Shown: positions 13,012 through 24,102, numbered from the stretch's first letter. The stretch: 64,000 nt of DNA from Raja brachyura (GCA_963514005.1 OY740807.1:1860001-1924000), one strand, 5' to 3'. Numbers and translations are program-made. The notes: generated by a model from the letters alone, not told the origin.

Positions 13012-14530
13012 CATAGAAAGATAGAAAAATAGGTGCAGGAGTAGGCCATTCGGCCCTTCGAGCCTGCACCGCCATTCAATGTGATCATGGCTGATCATCC
13101 AACTCAGTATCCCGTACCTGCCTTCTCTCCATACCCCCTGATCCCTTTAGCCACAAGTGCCACATCTAACGCCCTCTTAAATATAGCCAATGAACTGGCC
13201 TCAAGTACCTTCTGTGGCAGAGAATTCCAGAGACTCACCACTCTCTGTGTAAAGAATGTTTTCTTCATCTTTCCTAAAGGAATTCCCCCTTATCCTTAGA
13301 CTGTGACCCCTTGTTCTGGACTCCCCCAACATCGGGAACAATCTTCCAGCATCTAGCTTGTCCAACCCCTTAAGAATTATGTACGTTTCTATAAGATCCC
13401 CCCTCAATCTTCTAAATTCCAGCGAGTACAAGCCGAGTCTATCCAGTCTTTCCTCATATGAAAGTCCTGACATCGCAGGAATCAGTCTGGTGAATCTTCT
13501 CTGTACCCCCTCAATGGCAAGAAAGTCTTTCCTCAGATTTGGAGACCAAAACTGTACGCAATACTCCAGGTGTGGCATCGCCAAAACCCTGTACAACTGC
13601 ACTAGAACCTCCCTGCTCCTATACTCAAATCCTTTCGCTATGAATGCAAACATACCGTTTGCTTTCTGCACCACCTGCTGCACCTGCATGCCTACTTTCA
13701 ATGACTGGTGTACCATGACACCCAGGTTTCGTTGCATCTCCCCTTTTCCTAATCTGCCACCATTCAGATAATAGTCTACCCTCATGTTTTGCCACCAAAG
13801 TGGATAACCTCACATTTATCCACATTATACTGCATCTGCCATGCATCTGCCCATTCACTCAGCCTATCCAAATCACCCTGCAGCCTCCAAGCATCCTCCT
13901 CACACCTAACTATACCCCCCAGCTTGGTGTCATCTGCAAATTTGGAGATGTTACATTGATTTCCCTCGTCCAAATCATTAATATATATTGTAAATAGCTG
14001 GGGTCCCAGCACTGAGCCTTGCGATACCCCACTCGTCACTGCCTGCCATTCTGAAAAGTACCCGTTTACTCCTACCCTTTGCTTCCTGTCTGCTTGCCAG
14101 TTCTCTGTCCACATCAATACTGAACCCCCAATACCGTGTGCTTTAAGTTTGTATGCTAATCTCTTTAAGTTTGTATGCGGGACCTTGTCGAAAGCCTTCT
14201 GAAAGCCTATATATAAGATATAACACATCCACTGGTTCTCCCTTATCCACTCTACTAGTTACATCCTCGACAAATTCTATCAGATTTGTCAGACATGATT
14301 TACCTTTCGTAAATCCATGCTGACGTTGTCCAATGATTTCACCACTTTCAAAATGCGCTGCTATCCCATTTTTAATAACTGACTCTAGCAGTTTCCCCAC
14401 TACCGATGTTAGGCAACTGGTCTGTAATTCCCCGCTTTCTCTCTCCCTCCTTTTTTTAAAATGTGGGATTACATTAGCTACCCTCCACTCCTCAGGAACT
14501 ACTCCAGAATCTAAGGAATTTTGAAAAATT
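13012..14530 (-). mobile_element. CR1-type LINE RT to 3' end
   Basis: ORFs 14143-14559, 13782-14228 (FADD) and 13201-13785. Confidence 0.93.
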
Positions 14531-14539
14531 TCTAAGAAT

Positions 14540-14978
14540 TTCCAGGCCGTGCCGACCATTTATTTTTCCCTAGCCCCATCTACCTACACCCAGACCATAC
14601 CCCTCCATTCCCTTCCCGTCCATATACCTATCCACTTTACTTTTAAATGTTAAAATCGATCCTGCCTCCACCACTTCTGCTGGAAGATCATTCCACACAG
14701 CCACCACTCTCTGAGTAAAGAAGTTCCCCCTCATGTTACCCCTAAACTTCTGTCCCTTAATTCTCATGTCATGCCCTCTTGTTTGAATCTTCCATACTCT
14801 CAATGGGAAAAGCTTATCCACGTCAACTCTGTCTATCCCTTTCATCATTTTAAAGAACTCAATCAAGTCCTCCCTTAACCTTCTGCGCTCCAAAGAATAA
14901 AGACCTAACTTGTTCAACCTTTCTCTGTAACTTAGTTGCTGGAACTCAGGCAACATTCTAGTAAATCTCCTCTGTACA
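14540..14978 (-). mobile_element. CR1-type LINE 3' fragment, same family as 5505-8240
   Basis: ORF 14570-14983, near-identical to 5570-6000. Confidence 0.9.
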
Positions 14979-14979
14979 T

Positions 14980-15580
14980 ACATTTTTAATGTACATCCAT
15001 TTTGTATTATGTGGGGGGGGGGGGGGGGGGACCATTTTTTTAAATCTCTTTCCTCGACGGAGATGCGACTTTTTCAACGTATCTCGTCTGCACAACGGCT
15101 TTAACATCGCGGAGCTGGGAGAAAATTAGGGATAAGTTATTTGACTTCCATCACAGTGGGGAATGTGAGGTCGCCGGAAAAACAAGATGGACTTGCTGCC
15201 TGCACTGGTGAGGACTCGGAGGCAGTGCCGTGAGCTCAGTGATCTCGGTGTTTTGCAGGGACATGGCTCCGTGAGGACATCCCGGAGTCTGCGAGTGTGG
15301 ACGGGACGGTTCGGGCGGACAGGGACTGCAGAGAGAGTGACTGCGGTCGGTACAACTCTGGTCACATCACGGTGAAGGAGCGCGTGTGTGGCCCGGACAT
15401 TGAACCGGGACATTGAACCGGCTTTGGGTCTCCGCTTATGCTGTGGCCCTGGGGATTCTCACACGCCGCTGTGGTGGCTGTTTAAGTCGATGTGTAATTT
15501 GTATGTGGTTATGTTTTTTTGAATGATCGTTGGCAAATCAAATTCCTGGTATGTTTACATACTTGGCTAATAAATTAATT
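14980..15580 (+). repeat. Unclassified interspersed repeat with LINE-like 3' tail
   Basis: Poly-G, a CpG-rich body, a short tandem (ggacattgaaccg)x2 and a tail ending atacttggctaataaa. Family not determined. Confidence 0.4.
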
Positions 15581-15599
15581 TCAATAAGAATTAAACGAC

Positions 15600-15803
15600 A
15601 TTTAATTTGCCGTCAGCAGATTCTAAAGCGCCGGAAATCAATCTCCGCCCACACAGGTTTCATGGCCCCTCCCACTCATTACATTCCGGTTAATAAAGAC
15701 AACCAGAGGCTCTGGTTTCCAGACACTGGACCCCGAGCGGCTCCCGGACTTTGCAGTACAACACGAGTGGTTCTGAAGATTTGGTGTTCGCCTGTCCGGA
15801 AGA
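15600..15803 (+). promoter_or_regulatory. Putative IgL proximal promoter
   Basis: Unique sequence between an upstream repeat and the ATG. Contains TTAATAAA (15690), Ets cores CCGGAAAT (15631) and CCGGAAG (15796), GC box CTCCGCCC (15643) and degenerate octamer ATTTGCCG (15605). Confidence 0.5.
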
Positions 15804-15852
15804 ATGGCCCCAGCGCTGCACCTCCTGTGGCCTCTGCTGCTGCTCCCACCAG
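15804..15852 (+). CDS. IgL: Ig light chain exon 1, leader peptide (MAPALHLLWPLLLLPP-G)
   Basis: ATG at 15804 in agaATGG context, 16 hydrophobic codons plus 1 nt, then donor G|GTGAGA at 15853. This is the classic phase-1 split leader. Too short for the ORF track. Confidence 0.92.
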
Positions 15853-15984
15853 GTGAGACTCGGGTTGGTTCACGACTGTTTATCTGCAACGAGGCTCGTT
15901 AAAATCTCCACCATCGTCGGTGCTCTACGCGTGTCTAGCCTTCTGTGGGCTCCAGATCACCCAGTCGTTTCATCTGTCCATAAG

Positions 15985-16135
15985 TGATGGGCCATTCAAT
16001 CTCTATCTGATCTATCTCTTTCTCCTAACCCCATTCTCCTGCCTTCTCCCCATAACCCGTCACCCGTACGAAACACGGATCTATCTATCTCTGCCTTAGC
16101 TTGGCCTAAACCGCCGTGTGTGGCAATTAATTCGC
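15985..16135 (-). mobile_element. Decayed CR1 3' tail in the leader-V intron
   Basis: ctcctgccttctccccataaccc and tctatctatctctgcctta motifs match other CR1 tails. Confidence 0.6.
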
Positions 16136-16230
16136 CTCTTGAACTAAAGAAACTCGTCGTCATCTCATTCTAAAGGAATGTCCATTAGTTCTGAGGCTTT
16201 GATTAAGGTTTTCATTGTGTTTTGTTGAAG

Positions 16231-16590
16231 GATTCCTGGCGATCCCAGTCCTGAATCAGACCCCAACGTCCGGACCTGTCTCCGCGGCACAAACCGGCCG
16301 CTTAGAGTGTCGGATGCAGAACGGAAATGTTGCAAGTTACAGTGTATATTGGTATCGACAGCGTCCCGGGGAGAGACCAGAGCGGGTGATAACATATAGC
16401 ACGGGTAATGATATCTACCGTGGCAGTGGGTTCACAGACCGGTTCCAACCGTCCAGAGATACCTCCGCCAACAGCTACATCCTGACCATCGGCACCCTGG
16501 AGCCCAGAGACGCCGCCGTCTACTACTGTGCAGTGTGGGAAAACAACGTGGGATACACCTTCAGCCCTGGGAGTATCCTGGATATAAAGA
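16231..16590 (+). CDS. IgL: Ig light chain exon 2, germline-joined V-J (type I / NS5 / sigma-cart class)
   Basis: Acceptor tttgttgaag| at 16230. Reads (G)FLA-IPVLNQTP...LEC...YWYRQRPG...DRF...YILTI...DAAVYYCAVWENNVGYTFSPGSILDIK with both V-set Cys and the Trp. J is contiguous with V with no heptamer/nonamer. Donor A|GTAAGT at 16591. Confidence 0.96.
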
Positions 16591-17095
16591 GTAAGTGACT
16601 CCCTCGTTCTGTTCCCATGAATCCCCTTTGCAGTCGTTCTCATTCCCCAGTCCGGGAACGCTCTGGAAAAACTTGCTCTGCCTCTACTCGGCGCGGGAGG
16701 CCATTCAGCGGTCGGGAGAGTATTCCCGCCTGCGGGGAACGCTAGCCCGCGGGGATTCCTGCATCGTTAACACAAGTCGTAGTTTGCGACAATCAAACGC
16801 GTTAATGTTGGGGAAACAAGGAAGACAATTTGCAGGCATTCTGATGAATGACATTGAGGGAAATACTGTGCAGCGGGTTGGGCAAGTCGGTTAGAGAGTG
16901 TAGCGGGAAAGGACGTGTTGGTGCGGGCTCGGGGTGTAATCCGGGATGAACCGGTCGCTTCCTCGTCTCTTCACCTCTCAATGGTTTGCGGAGCCGCGCT
17001 GCGTCCCGCCGCTCCCCTTGCGTCACTTGACAGGGAGTGTTGGATATCCGGAGGCCTCTCCAGTACCGGTACTTCCCGCCATAACTCCTTAAAGT

Positions 17096-17405
17096 GGGTG
17101 CGGCACATTGGCTCAATGGTAGATATGTTGCCTCACTGCGCCAGATTCCCCGGTTCGAGCCTGACCTCGGGTGCTGTCTGTGTGGGGTTTGCAAGTTTTC
17201 CCTGTGACCCCCTGCGATTGTTCCGGTTCCCCCCCACATCCCAAAGACGTGCGGGTTTGGAGGTTAATTGCCCGACGGTGAATTGTCCCGAGTGTACGGG
17301 GAGTGGGTGAGAAGCGGGATATCATAGAACTAGTGTGAACGGGTGATAATGGTCAGTGTGGACTCGGTGGGCCGAAGGGCCAGTTTCCATGCTGTGTCTC
17401 CTAAA
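17096..17405 (+). mobile_element. HE1-like SINE in the J-C intron
   Basis: A box TGGCTCAATGG, B box GGTTCGAGCC and 3' end gtggactcggtgggccgaagggcc. Confidence 0.85.
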
Positions 17406-17696
17406 ATAGCTACATTCGCAAATTCACATTCAAGCGAATTCCAGAGCTGGGGAATTATTGAACCCCGCAATGAAATCGTCTCGACAGAGCGACGTAAAGC
17501 CGAGCGGCGCCAGGTGGAGGGACGGGGCCGGGGTGATGTTACTCAAGTGGGTTTAGAGCTCTCGGCCTGGTGTTGGCTGTAAGGCGACAGCTGCGATTAA
17601 CCTGGGCCAATCTTCATTAGCCGGCTTAGACCGGCTGGGTTCAATAGCCGCGTCCTTTTCCTCGACTTTCACGAATTGTTCGTGTCATCGACGGTC

Positions 17697-17900
17697 TTTT
17701 AGTTTTAGAGACAGCCCGAAAACAGGCCCTTCGGCCACCGAGTCCACACCGACCAAAGATCCCCGCAAACGAACACTCCCCTACAAACACTAGGGACTAA
17801 ACGTACAAACTCCGTACAGACATGCACCTGTGTTTAGGATCCGACCCGGCTCTCTGGCGCTGTAAGACAGTTGCTCCAGCGCTGCACCACCGCGCCGCCC
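17697..17900 (-). mobile_element. HE1-like SINE with internal deletion in the J-C intron
   Basis: Antisense gggcggcgcggtggtgcagcg 5' end and CR1-derived tail. Confidence 0.85.
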
Positions 17901-18017
17901 AGTCACTGACACTTTCCGTGGCCGAGTTCGTTTCTCTCGCGTTGGGGTCAGTGTGTGGCGCTGCCGACGGTCTCCATCAACTAATGTTTCTCTTCTCCTC
18001 CGCCTCTCCACACACAG

Positions 18018-18346
18018 GTAGCGAGTCTCGGAAGCCCTCACTTCTCCTGCTCCCTCCGTCTCCGGATGAAACTGGCACGGGCTCGGCCACACTCAGCTGC
18101 CTGGTGAGCGGCTTTAAGCCGGGCTTCGTGGCGCTGCGCTGGGCCGTGGACGGCGTGGAGACGGAGAGCGGGGTGACGTCGGGCGCCGTGTCCCCGGACG
18201 CCGAACAGACGTACAGGCTGAGCAGTTACCTGCGGGTCCCCGCCGCCGCATGGGACAAGGGCTCCAGCTATTCCTGCAGCGTCGGACATTGCTCGCTCAG
18301 CTCGCCTCTACGACACACCGTCTCGTCGTCCACCTGCGCGAACTGA
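18018..18346 (+). CDS. IgL: Ig light chain exon 3, constant C1-set domain
   Basis: Polypyrimidine tract and cacacag| acceptor at 18017, phase 1 matching the J donor. SESRKPSLLLLPPS...ATLSCLVSGFKPG...W...YRLSSYLRVPAAAW...YSCSV.H...SSTCAN* has the C-terminal interchain Cys and resembles shark type I C domains as I recall them. Spliced CDS 49+360+329 = 738 nt, 245 aa. Confidence 0.96.
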
Positions 18347-18612
18347 GTTCGTGCCATTGGCATCGGCTGCCAATTCTCTGCTATGTTTAACACAGAGAGA
18401 GCTTCACTGTGGTCTGCCGCCACCTTGAGCAATGTAACCTATAGCAATGTCCACTTCTGGGAACAACACGAATATGTAATTATCTCAGAGATCAGTGCGA
18501 ATTTCTTTGTTGATTTGTCCTCTGTGTTTTACTGCCTCTGTCTGTAGAGTGGGGGGAGATCCCATGTAGACAGTAACCGTGTTGTGATTGGATCTGGTGT
18601 ATCTCGGCTTTT

Positions 18613-18618
18613 AATAAA
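18613..18618 (+). terminator. Polyadenylation signal of the IgL gene
   Basis: AATAAA 267 nt after the C-exon stop, followed by a GT/T-rich stretch. Confidence 0.75.
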
Positions 18619-19054
18619 AATGAAAAACTGCGGTGTGATTCCATTGGTCTATTTTCACGCGGTTCCTCGCAGTACATTGAGGGGTTTGGCGCAAAGACCT
18701 GGCGATCAGGAGCCGCCTTACACACAACTACAACCAGTTCCGCTCAAACGGCTCATTCTGCTCCTCTTGATCAATAGCACTCTGTGTCCCGCACCGACCT
18801 CTTCCCCCCTCTCCCACCTGTCGCCGTCTGCCGGTCCCTCTATTCTGCGTCCCGACTCCCCTACCTCCATCGCAACCTCACGTGTCTATCCTGCTCCCCA
18901 TTTCCCACCTACCCCCCCCCCCCCCCACCCCGCCACCGCTCCCTCTGGATGCCAGATGCACAATCTCGCCGCTCTTTGGTCAAATTTGGGGGTGGGGACA
19001 CACACACATGAAACACGGTGCTGGACTCTTCCGCTCTGAACCATCCCTGGAACA

Positions 19055-19300
19055 CGTGGGTAGGTGAAAACTCGGGTAGAGACCCTTCTTCAGATTTAGC
19101 TCCGAACCTAAACGCTGAAGAAGGGTCTCGACCCGAAACGTCGCCTATCTGCTTCGCTCCGTAGATGCTGCTGCACCCGCTGAGTTTCTCCAGCCTTTTG
19201 TGTACCCCCGTCACCGATCCATGTTCTCCATGCATGCTATCCGACCCATTACCAATGCCTTTCCATGGTAAACCAGCATCTGCAGTTGCTTGTTTGCAGT
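19055..19300. mobile_element. Short Penelope terminal-repeat derivative (inverted pair) with hammerhead-like motif
   Basis: gacccttcttcag (minus strand) faces ctgaagaagggtctcgacccgaaacgtc (plus strand, 19115-19142). Confidence 0.7.
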
Positions 19301-19424
19301 TGCCGCTATAAATGCACGAAGTTCTCAGAACTCAGTAAGTGTGACGCTATCTCTCGGGAAGCATTCGCTACTGAGGGCCTAATGGGTGAACACTAAAGTA
19401 CACAAGAGCTGATCACCGGGTTGT

Positions 19425-21437
19425 GAAGGTTTAAGAATAAACTGCAGATGCTGGAAAATCGAAGGTAGACAAAAATGCTGGAGAAACCCAGCGGGTGCGG
19501 CAGCATCTTTGGAGCGAAGGCATAGGCAACGTTTCGGGTCCAGAGGGCGGGGGGGGGGGGGGGGGGGGGACAAGAAAGGAAGAGGCGAAGTCAGTAGGCT
19601 GAAAGAGAGCTGAGAAGGTGAGGAGAAAGCAGGGACTACCTGAAATTGGAGAAATGCAGTCTAGATAGCCATAGGGGTCAGTGGGTGTCGGCCAGTACAT
19701 CTACTTACTGACCGACATCTACTATAAACCCACTGAGTCCCATGGCTATCTGGACTAAGCTTCTTCCTACCCCGCTTCCTGTAAGGACTCCATCCCCCAC
19801 TCCCAATTCCTCCATCTACGCGGCATCTGCTCCCAGGATGAGGTGTTCTACTCCAGGGCATCTGAGATGTCCTCATTCGTCAGGGAACGGGGCTTCCCCT
19901 CTTCTACTATAGATTAGGCTCTCACCAGGGTCTCTTCTATACCCCGTAACTCTGCTCTCATTCCCCAACCCCCCACTCGTAACAAGGGCTGAGTCCCCCT
20001 TGTCTTCACCTTCCACCCTACCAGCCGTCACAAACAACAAATAGTGGGATAGAATATACAGGCATTTGGATGGGCAAGGGCTGATTAGGGACAGTCAGCA
20101 TGATTTTGTAAGTGGGAGGTCGTGTCTCACAAATCTGATCGATATTTTTGAAGACGTGACCAAAAAGGTTGATGAGGGCAGCGCTGGAGATGTAGTGTAC
20201 ATGGAGTTTAGTAAGGTGTTCGACAAGGTGCCGCATGGTAGGCTGCACTGGAAGGTTAGATTTCATGGGATCCAAGGAGAGATAGCTGAATGGAAGCAAA
20301 ATCGCTCCATAGAAGGAAGCAGAGGGTGATAGTGGAAGGTTGGTTATCAGAATGGAGGCATGTGACTGGTGGTGTGCCACAGGGTTCAGTGCTGGGCCCG
20401 TTATTGTTTGTCATCTACATCAATGATTTGGCAGTGTGAGAATTAAGGGACATAAGTTTAGGGGTAACATGAGGGGAACTTCTTTACTCAGAGAGTGGTG
20501 GCTGTATGGAATGAGCTTCCAGCAGAAGTGGTGGGGGCAGGATCGATTTTAACATTTACCAGGGTCTCACCAGGGTCTCTTCTATACCCTGTAACTCTGC
20601 TCTCATTCCCCAACCCCCCACTCGTAACAAGGGCTGAGTCCCCCTTGTCTTCACCTTCCACCCTACCAGCCGTCACAAACAACAAATAATTCTCCGACAT
20701 TTTCGCCACCTCCAACGGGATCCCAGCACTGGCCACATCTTCCCATCTCCTCCCCTGTCTGCTTTCCACAGAGACCGCACCCTCTGTAACTCCCTGCTCA
20801 ATTCATCCCTTCCCACCCAAACCGCTCCCTTTCCTGGCTCTTTCCCTTGCAACTGCAGGAAATGCTACACTTGTCGCTTTACCTCCCCCCTCGACTCCAT
20901 TCAAGGACCCAAGCAGTCTTTCCAGGTGCGGCAGAGGTTCACCTGCACATCCTCCAACCTCATCTATTGCATCCGCTGCTATAGGTGTCAGCTGCTCTCC
21001 ATCGGCGAGACCAAGCGTAGGCTTGGCGATCGCTTCACCCAACACCTCCGCTCGGTTCGCATTAACCAACCTTATCTCCCGGTGGATCAGCACTTCAACT
21101 CGCTCTCCCATTCCGAATCTGACCTTTCAGACCTTGGCCTCCTCCATGGCCAAAGTAAGGCCCACCGTAAATTGAAGGAGCAGCACCTCATATTTCGCTT
21201 GGGCAGTTTACACCCCAGCGGTTTGAACATTGACTTCTCCAGTTTCAGGCAGTCCCTGCTTTCTCCTCCCCTTCTCAGCTCTCCCTCAACCCACTGTCTC
21301 CGCCTATTCATTTCTTCTTCCCGCCCTCCACCCTCACATCAGTCTGAAGAAGGGTCTCGACCCGAAACTTTGCCTATCTCCTTTGCTCCATAGATGCTGC
21401 CTCACCCGTTGAGTTTCTCCAGCATTTTTGTCTACCA
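19425..21437 (+). mobile_element. Penelope-like element (GIY-YIG endonuclease), inverted 5' terminal repeat, interrupted at 20044-20564
   Basis: ORF 20926-21393 RQRFTCTSSNLIYCIRC..C..L.IGETKRRLGDRF..H. Terminal repeat inverted at 19425-19660 and direct at ~21340-21437. Confidence 0.9.
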
Positions 21438-21974
21438 CCGGGCTGGTAATAGTCCTATTAAAGACAGGGCTTTATTTCGTTAATACATGAGCATTTATTG
21501 ATCGGTTCATTAATTAGACACACTTGATCCGAGTTACAACCACAGACTCTCACAAATAATTCAATGAATGCCCACACAAAAGATCATGAGGTGAAATGGG
21601 TGTCTGAGGGGTTGGGCGAAGCCATTTCATTGGGGTTGATGATTGAGGAGAAGGTGGGAGCTGGAGATTGGGTGTAAAGAATAAGGAAAGTCAGGACCCC
21701 GAGTTTAATGCTGCATACCGATATTGTATGTGCCGTAAGTCTCAATGAATGGTTAGAGAAGTGTAAATAAAAATATGGAGATTGTCAGGGTGCAAAGGCT
21801 TGTGTCGTGAGGTAAGAAATTCCAACCGGATAAACAGCGTTTTTCATTGAGACCAGTCATTAAATTATAGAGCAGCACAGCACGGATACAGGCCCTTCAG
21901 GTCACCTTACCCCTCCGACCTAGTTGGCATGCCGGGCTAGTCACATTTGGTTGTAAGCTGTGGGCCGAGCATCG

Positions 21975-24102
21975 AAAATAGAAACATAGAAACATAGAAA
22001 TTAGGTGCAGGAGTAGGCCATTCGGCCTTTTGATCCAGCACCGCCATTCAATATGATCATGGCTGATCATCCAACTCAGTATCCCGTACCTGCCTTCTGT
22101 CCATACCCTCTGATCCCCTTAGCCACAAGGGCCACATCTAACTCCCTTTTAAATATAGCCAATGAACTGGCCTCAACTACCCTCTGTGGCAGAGAGTTCC
22201 AGAGACCCACCACTCTCTGTGTGAAAAAAGTCCTTCTCATCTCGGTCCAAAAGGATTTCCCCCTTATCCTTAAGCTGTGGCCCCTTGTCCTGGACCTCCC
22301 CAACATCGGGAACAATCTTCCTGCATCTAGCCTGTCCAACCCCTTAAGAATTTTGTAAGTTTCTATAAGATCCCCTCTCAATCTCCTAAATTCTAGAGAG
22401 TATAAACTGAGTTTATGCAGTCTTTGTTCATAAGACAGTCCTGACATCCCAGGAATCAGTCTGGTGAACCTTCTCTGCACTCCCTCTAAGGCAATAATGT
22501 CCTTCCTCAGATTTGGAGACCAGAACTGTACGCAATACTCCAGGGGTGGTCTCACCAAGACCCTATACAACTGAAGTAGAACCTCCCTGCTCTTATACTC
22601 AAATCCTTTTGCTATGAAAGCTAACATGCCATTTGCTTTCTTCACTGCCTGCTGCACCTGCATGCCTACTTTCAATGACTGGTGTACCATGACACCCAGG
22701 TCGCGCTGCATCTCCCCTTTTCCTAATCGGCCTCCATTTAGATAATAGTCTGTTTTCATATTTTTGCCACCAAAGTGGATAACCTCACATTTATCCACAT
22801 TATACTGCATCTGCCAAACATTTGCCCACTCACCCAGCCTATCCAAGTCACCTTGCAGTCTCCTAGCATCCTCCTCACAGCTAACACTGCCCCCCAGCTT
22901 AGTGTCATCTGCAAACTTGGAGATATTGCCTTCAATTCCCTCATCCAGATCATTAATGTATATTGTAAATAGCTGGGGTCCCAGCACTGAGCCTTGCGGT
23001 ACCCCACTAGTCACTGCCTGCCATTGTGAAAATGACCCGTTTACTCCTACTCTTTGCTTCCTGTTTGCCAGCCAGTTCTCTATCCACATCAATACTGAAC
23101 TCCCAATGCCGTATGCTTTAAGTTTATATACTAATCTCTTATGTGGGACCTTGTCGAAAGCCTTCTGGAAGTCCAGATACACCACATCCACTGGTTCTCC
23201 CCTATCCATGCTACTAGTTACATCCTCAAAAAATTCCACAAGATTCGTCAGACATGATTTACCTTTCGTAAATCCATGCTGACTTTGTCCAATGATTTCA
23301 CCACTTTCCAAATGTGCTGCTATCCCATCTTTAATAACTGACTCCAGCAGTTTCCCCACTACCGATGTTAGACTAACTGGTCTGCAATTCCCCGGTTACT
23401 CTCTGCCCCCCTTCTTAAAAAGAGGGGTTACGTTTGCTACCCGCCCATCCTCAGGAACTACTCCAGATTCTAAAGAGTTTTGAAAGATTATCACTAATGC
23501 ATCCACTATTTCCGGAGCTACTTCCTTAAGTACTCTGGGATGCAGCCTATCTGGCCCTGGGGATTTATTGGCCTTTAATCCATTCAATTTACCCAACACC
23601 ACTTCCCGACTAACCTGGATTTCACTCAAGTCCTCCTTTGACCCGCGGTCCCCTGCTATTTCCGGCAGATTATTTATGTCTTCCTTAGTGAAGACGGAAC
23701 CAAAGTAGTTATTCAATTGTTCCGCCATATCCTTGTTCCCCATGATCAACTCACCTGTTTCTGACTGCAAGGGACCTACATTTGTTTTAACTAATCTCTT
23801 TCTCTTCACATATCTATAAAACTTTTGCAGTCAGTTTTTATGTTCCCTGCCAGTTTTCTTTCATAATCTATTTTTCCTTTCCTAATCAAGCCCTTTGTCC
23901 TCCTCTGCTGGTCTCTGAATTTCTCCCAGTCCTCTGGTATGCTGCTTTTTCTGGCTACTTTGTACGCATCATCCTTTGCTTTGATACTATCCCTGATTTC
24001 CCTTGTTATCCACGGATGCACTACCTTCCCTGATCTATTCTTTTGCCAAACTGGGAGGAACAATTTTTGTAGTTCATCCATGCAGTCTTTAAATGTCTTC
24101 CA
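21975..24102 (-). mobile_element. Young CR1-type LINE, 5'-truncated (427-aa open RT + C-terminus)
   Basis: ORF 22076-23359 with FADD. Frameshifted upstream pieces. (catagaaa)n tail. Confidence 0.95.

Noticed and set aside
15152-15158. CACAGTG heptamer as a possible RSS (also heptamer matches near 18405, 38810 and 55533)
   Set aside because: No nonamer at 12- or 23-bp spacing and no adjacent V or J segment.
16215-16598. ORF-track 127-aa single-exon protein
   Set aside because: The TTG start and terminal SK* lie in introns. The real exon is bounded by splice sites at 16231-16590.
17096-17170. tRNA gene
   Set aside because: The A and B boxes belong to a SINE head followed by SINE body and tail.
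17822-18017. N-terminal extension of the 174-aa ORF
   Set aside because: It is SINE and intron sequence upstream of the C-exon acceptor.
16231-18346. T-cell receptor gamma or other Ig-superfamily identity, suggested by the CAVWE motif
   Set aside because: A single C exon ending in Cys-Ala-Asn-stop with no transmembrane exon is a light-chain layout.
22076-23359. Autonomous CR1 or domesticated reverse transcriptase gene
   Set aside because: 5'-truncated, no endonuclease and frameshifted upstream. The two copies are explained by the tandem duplication.
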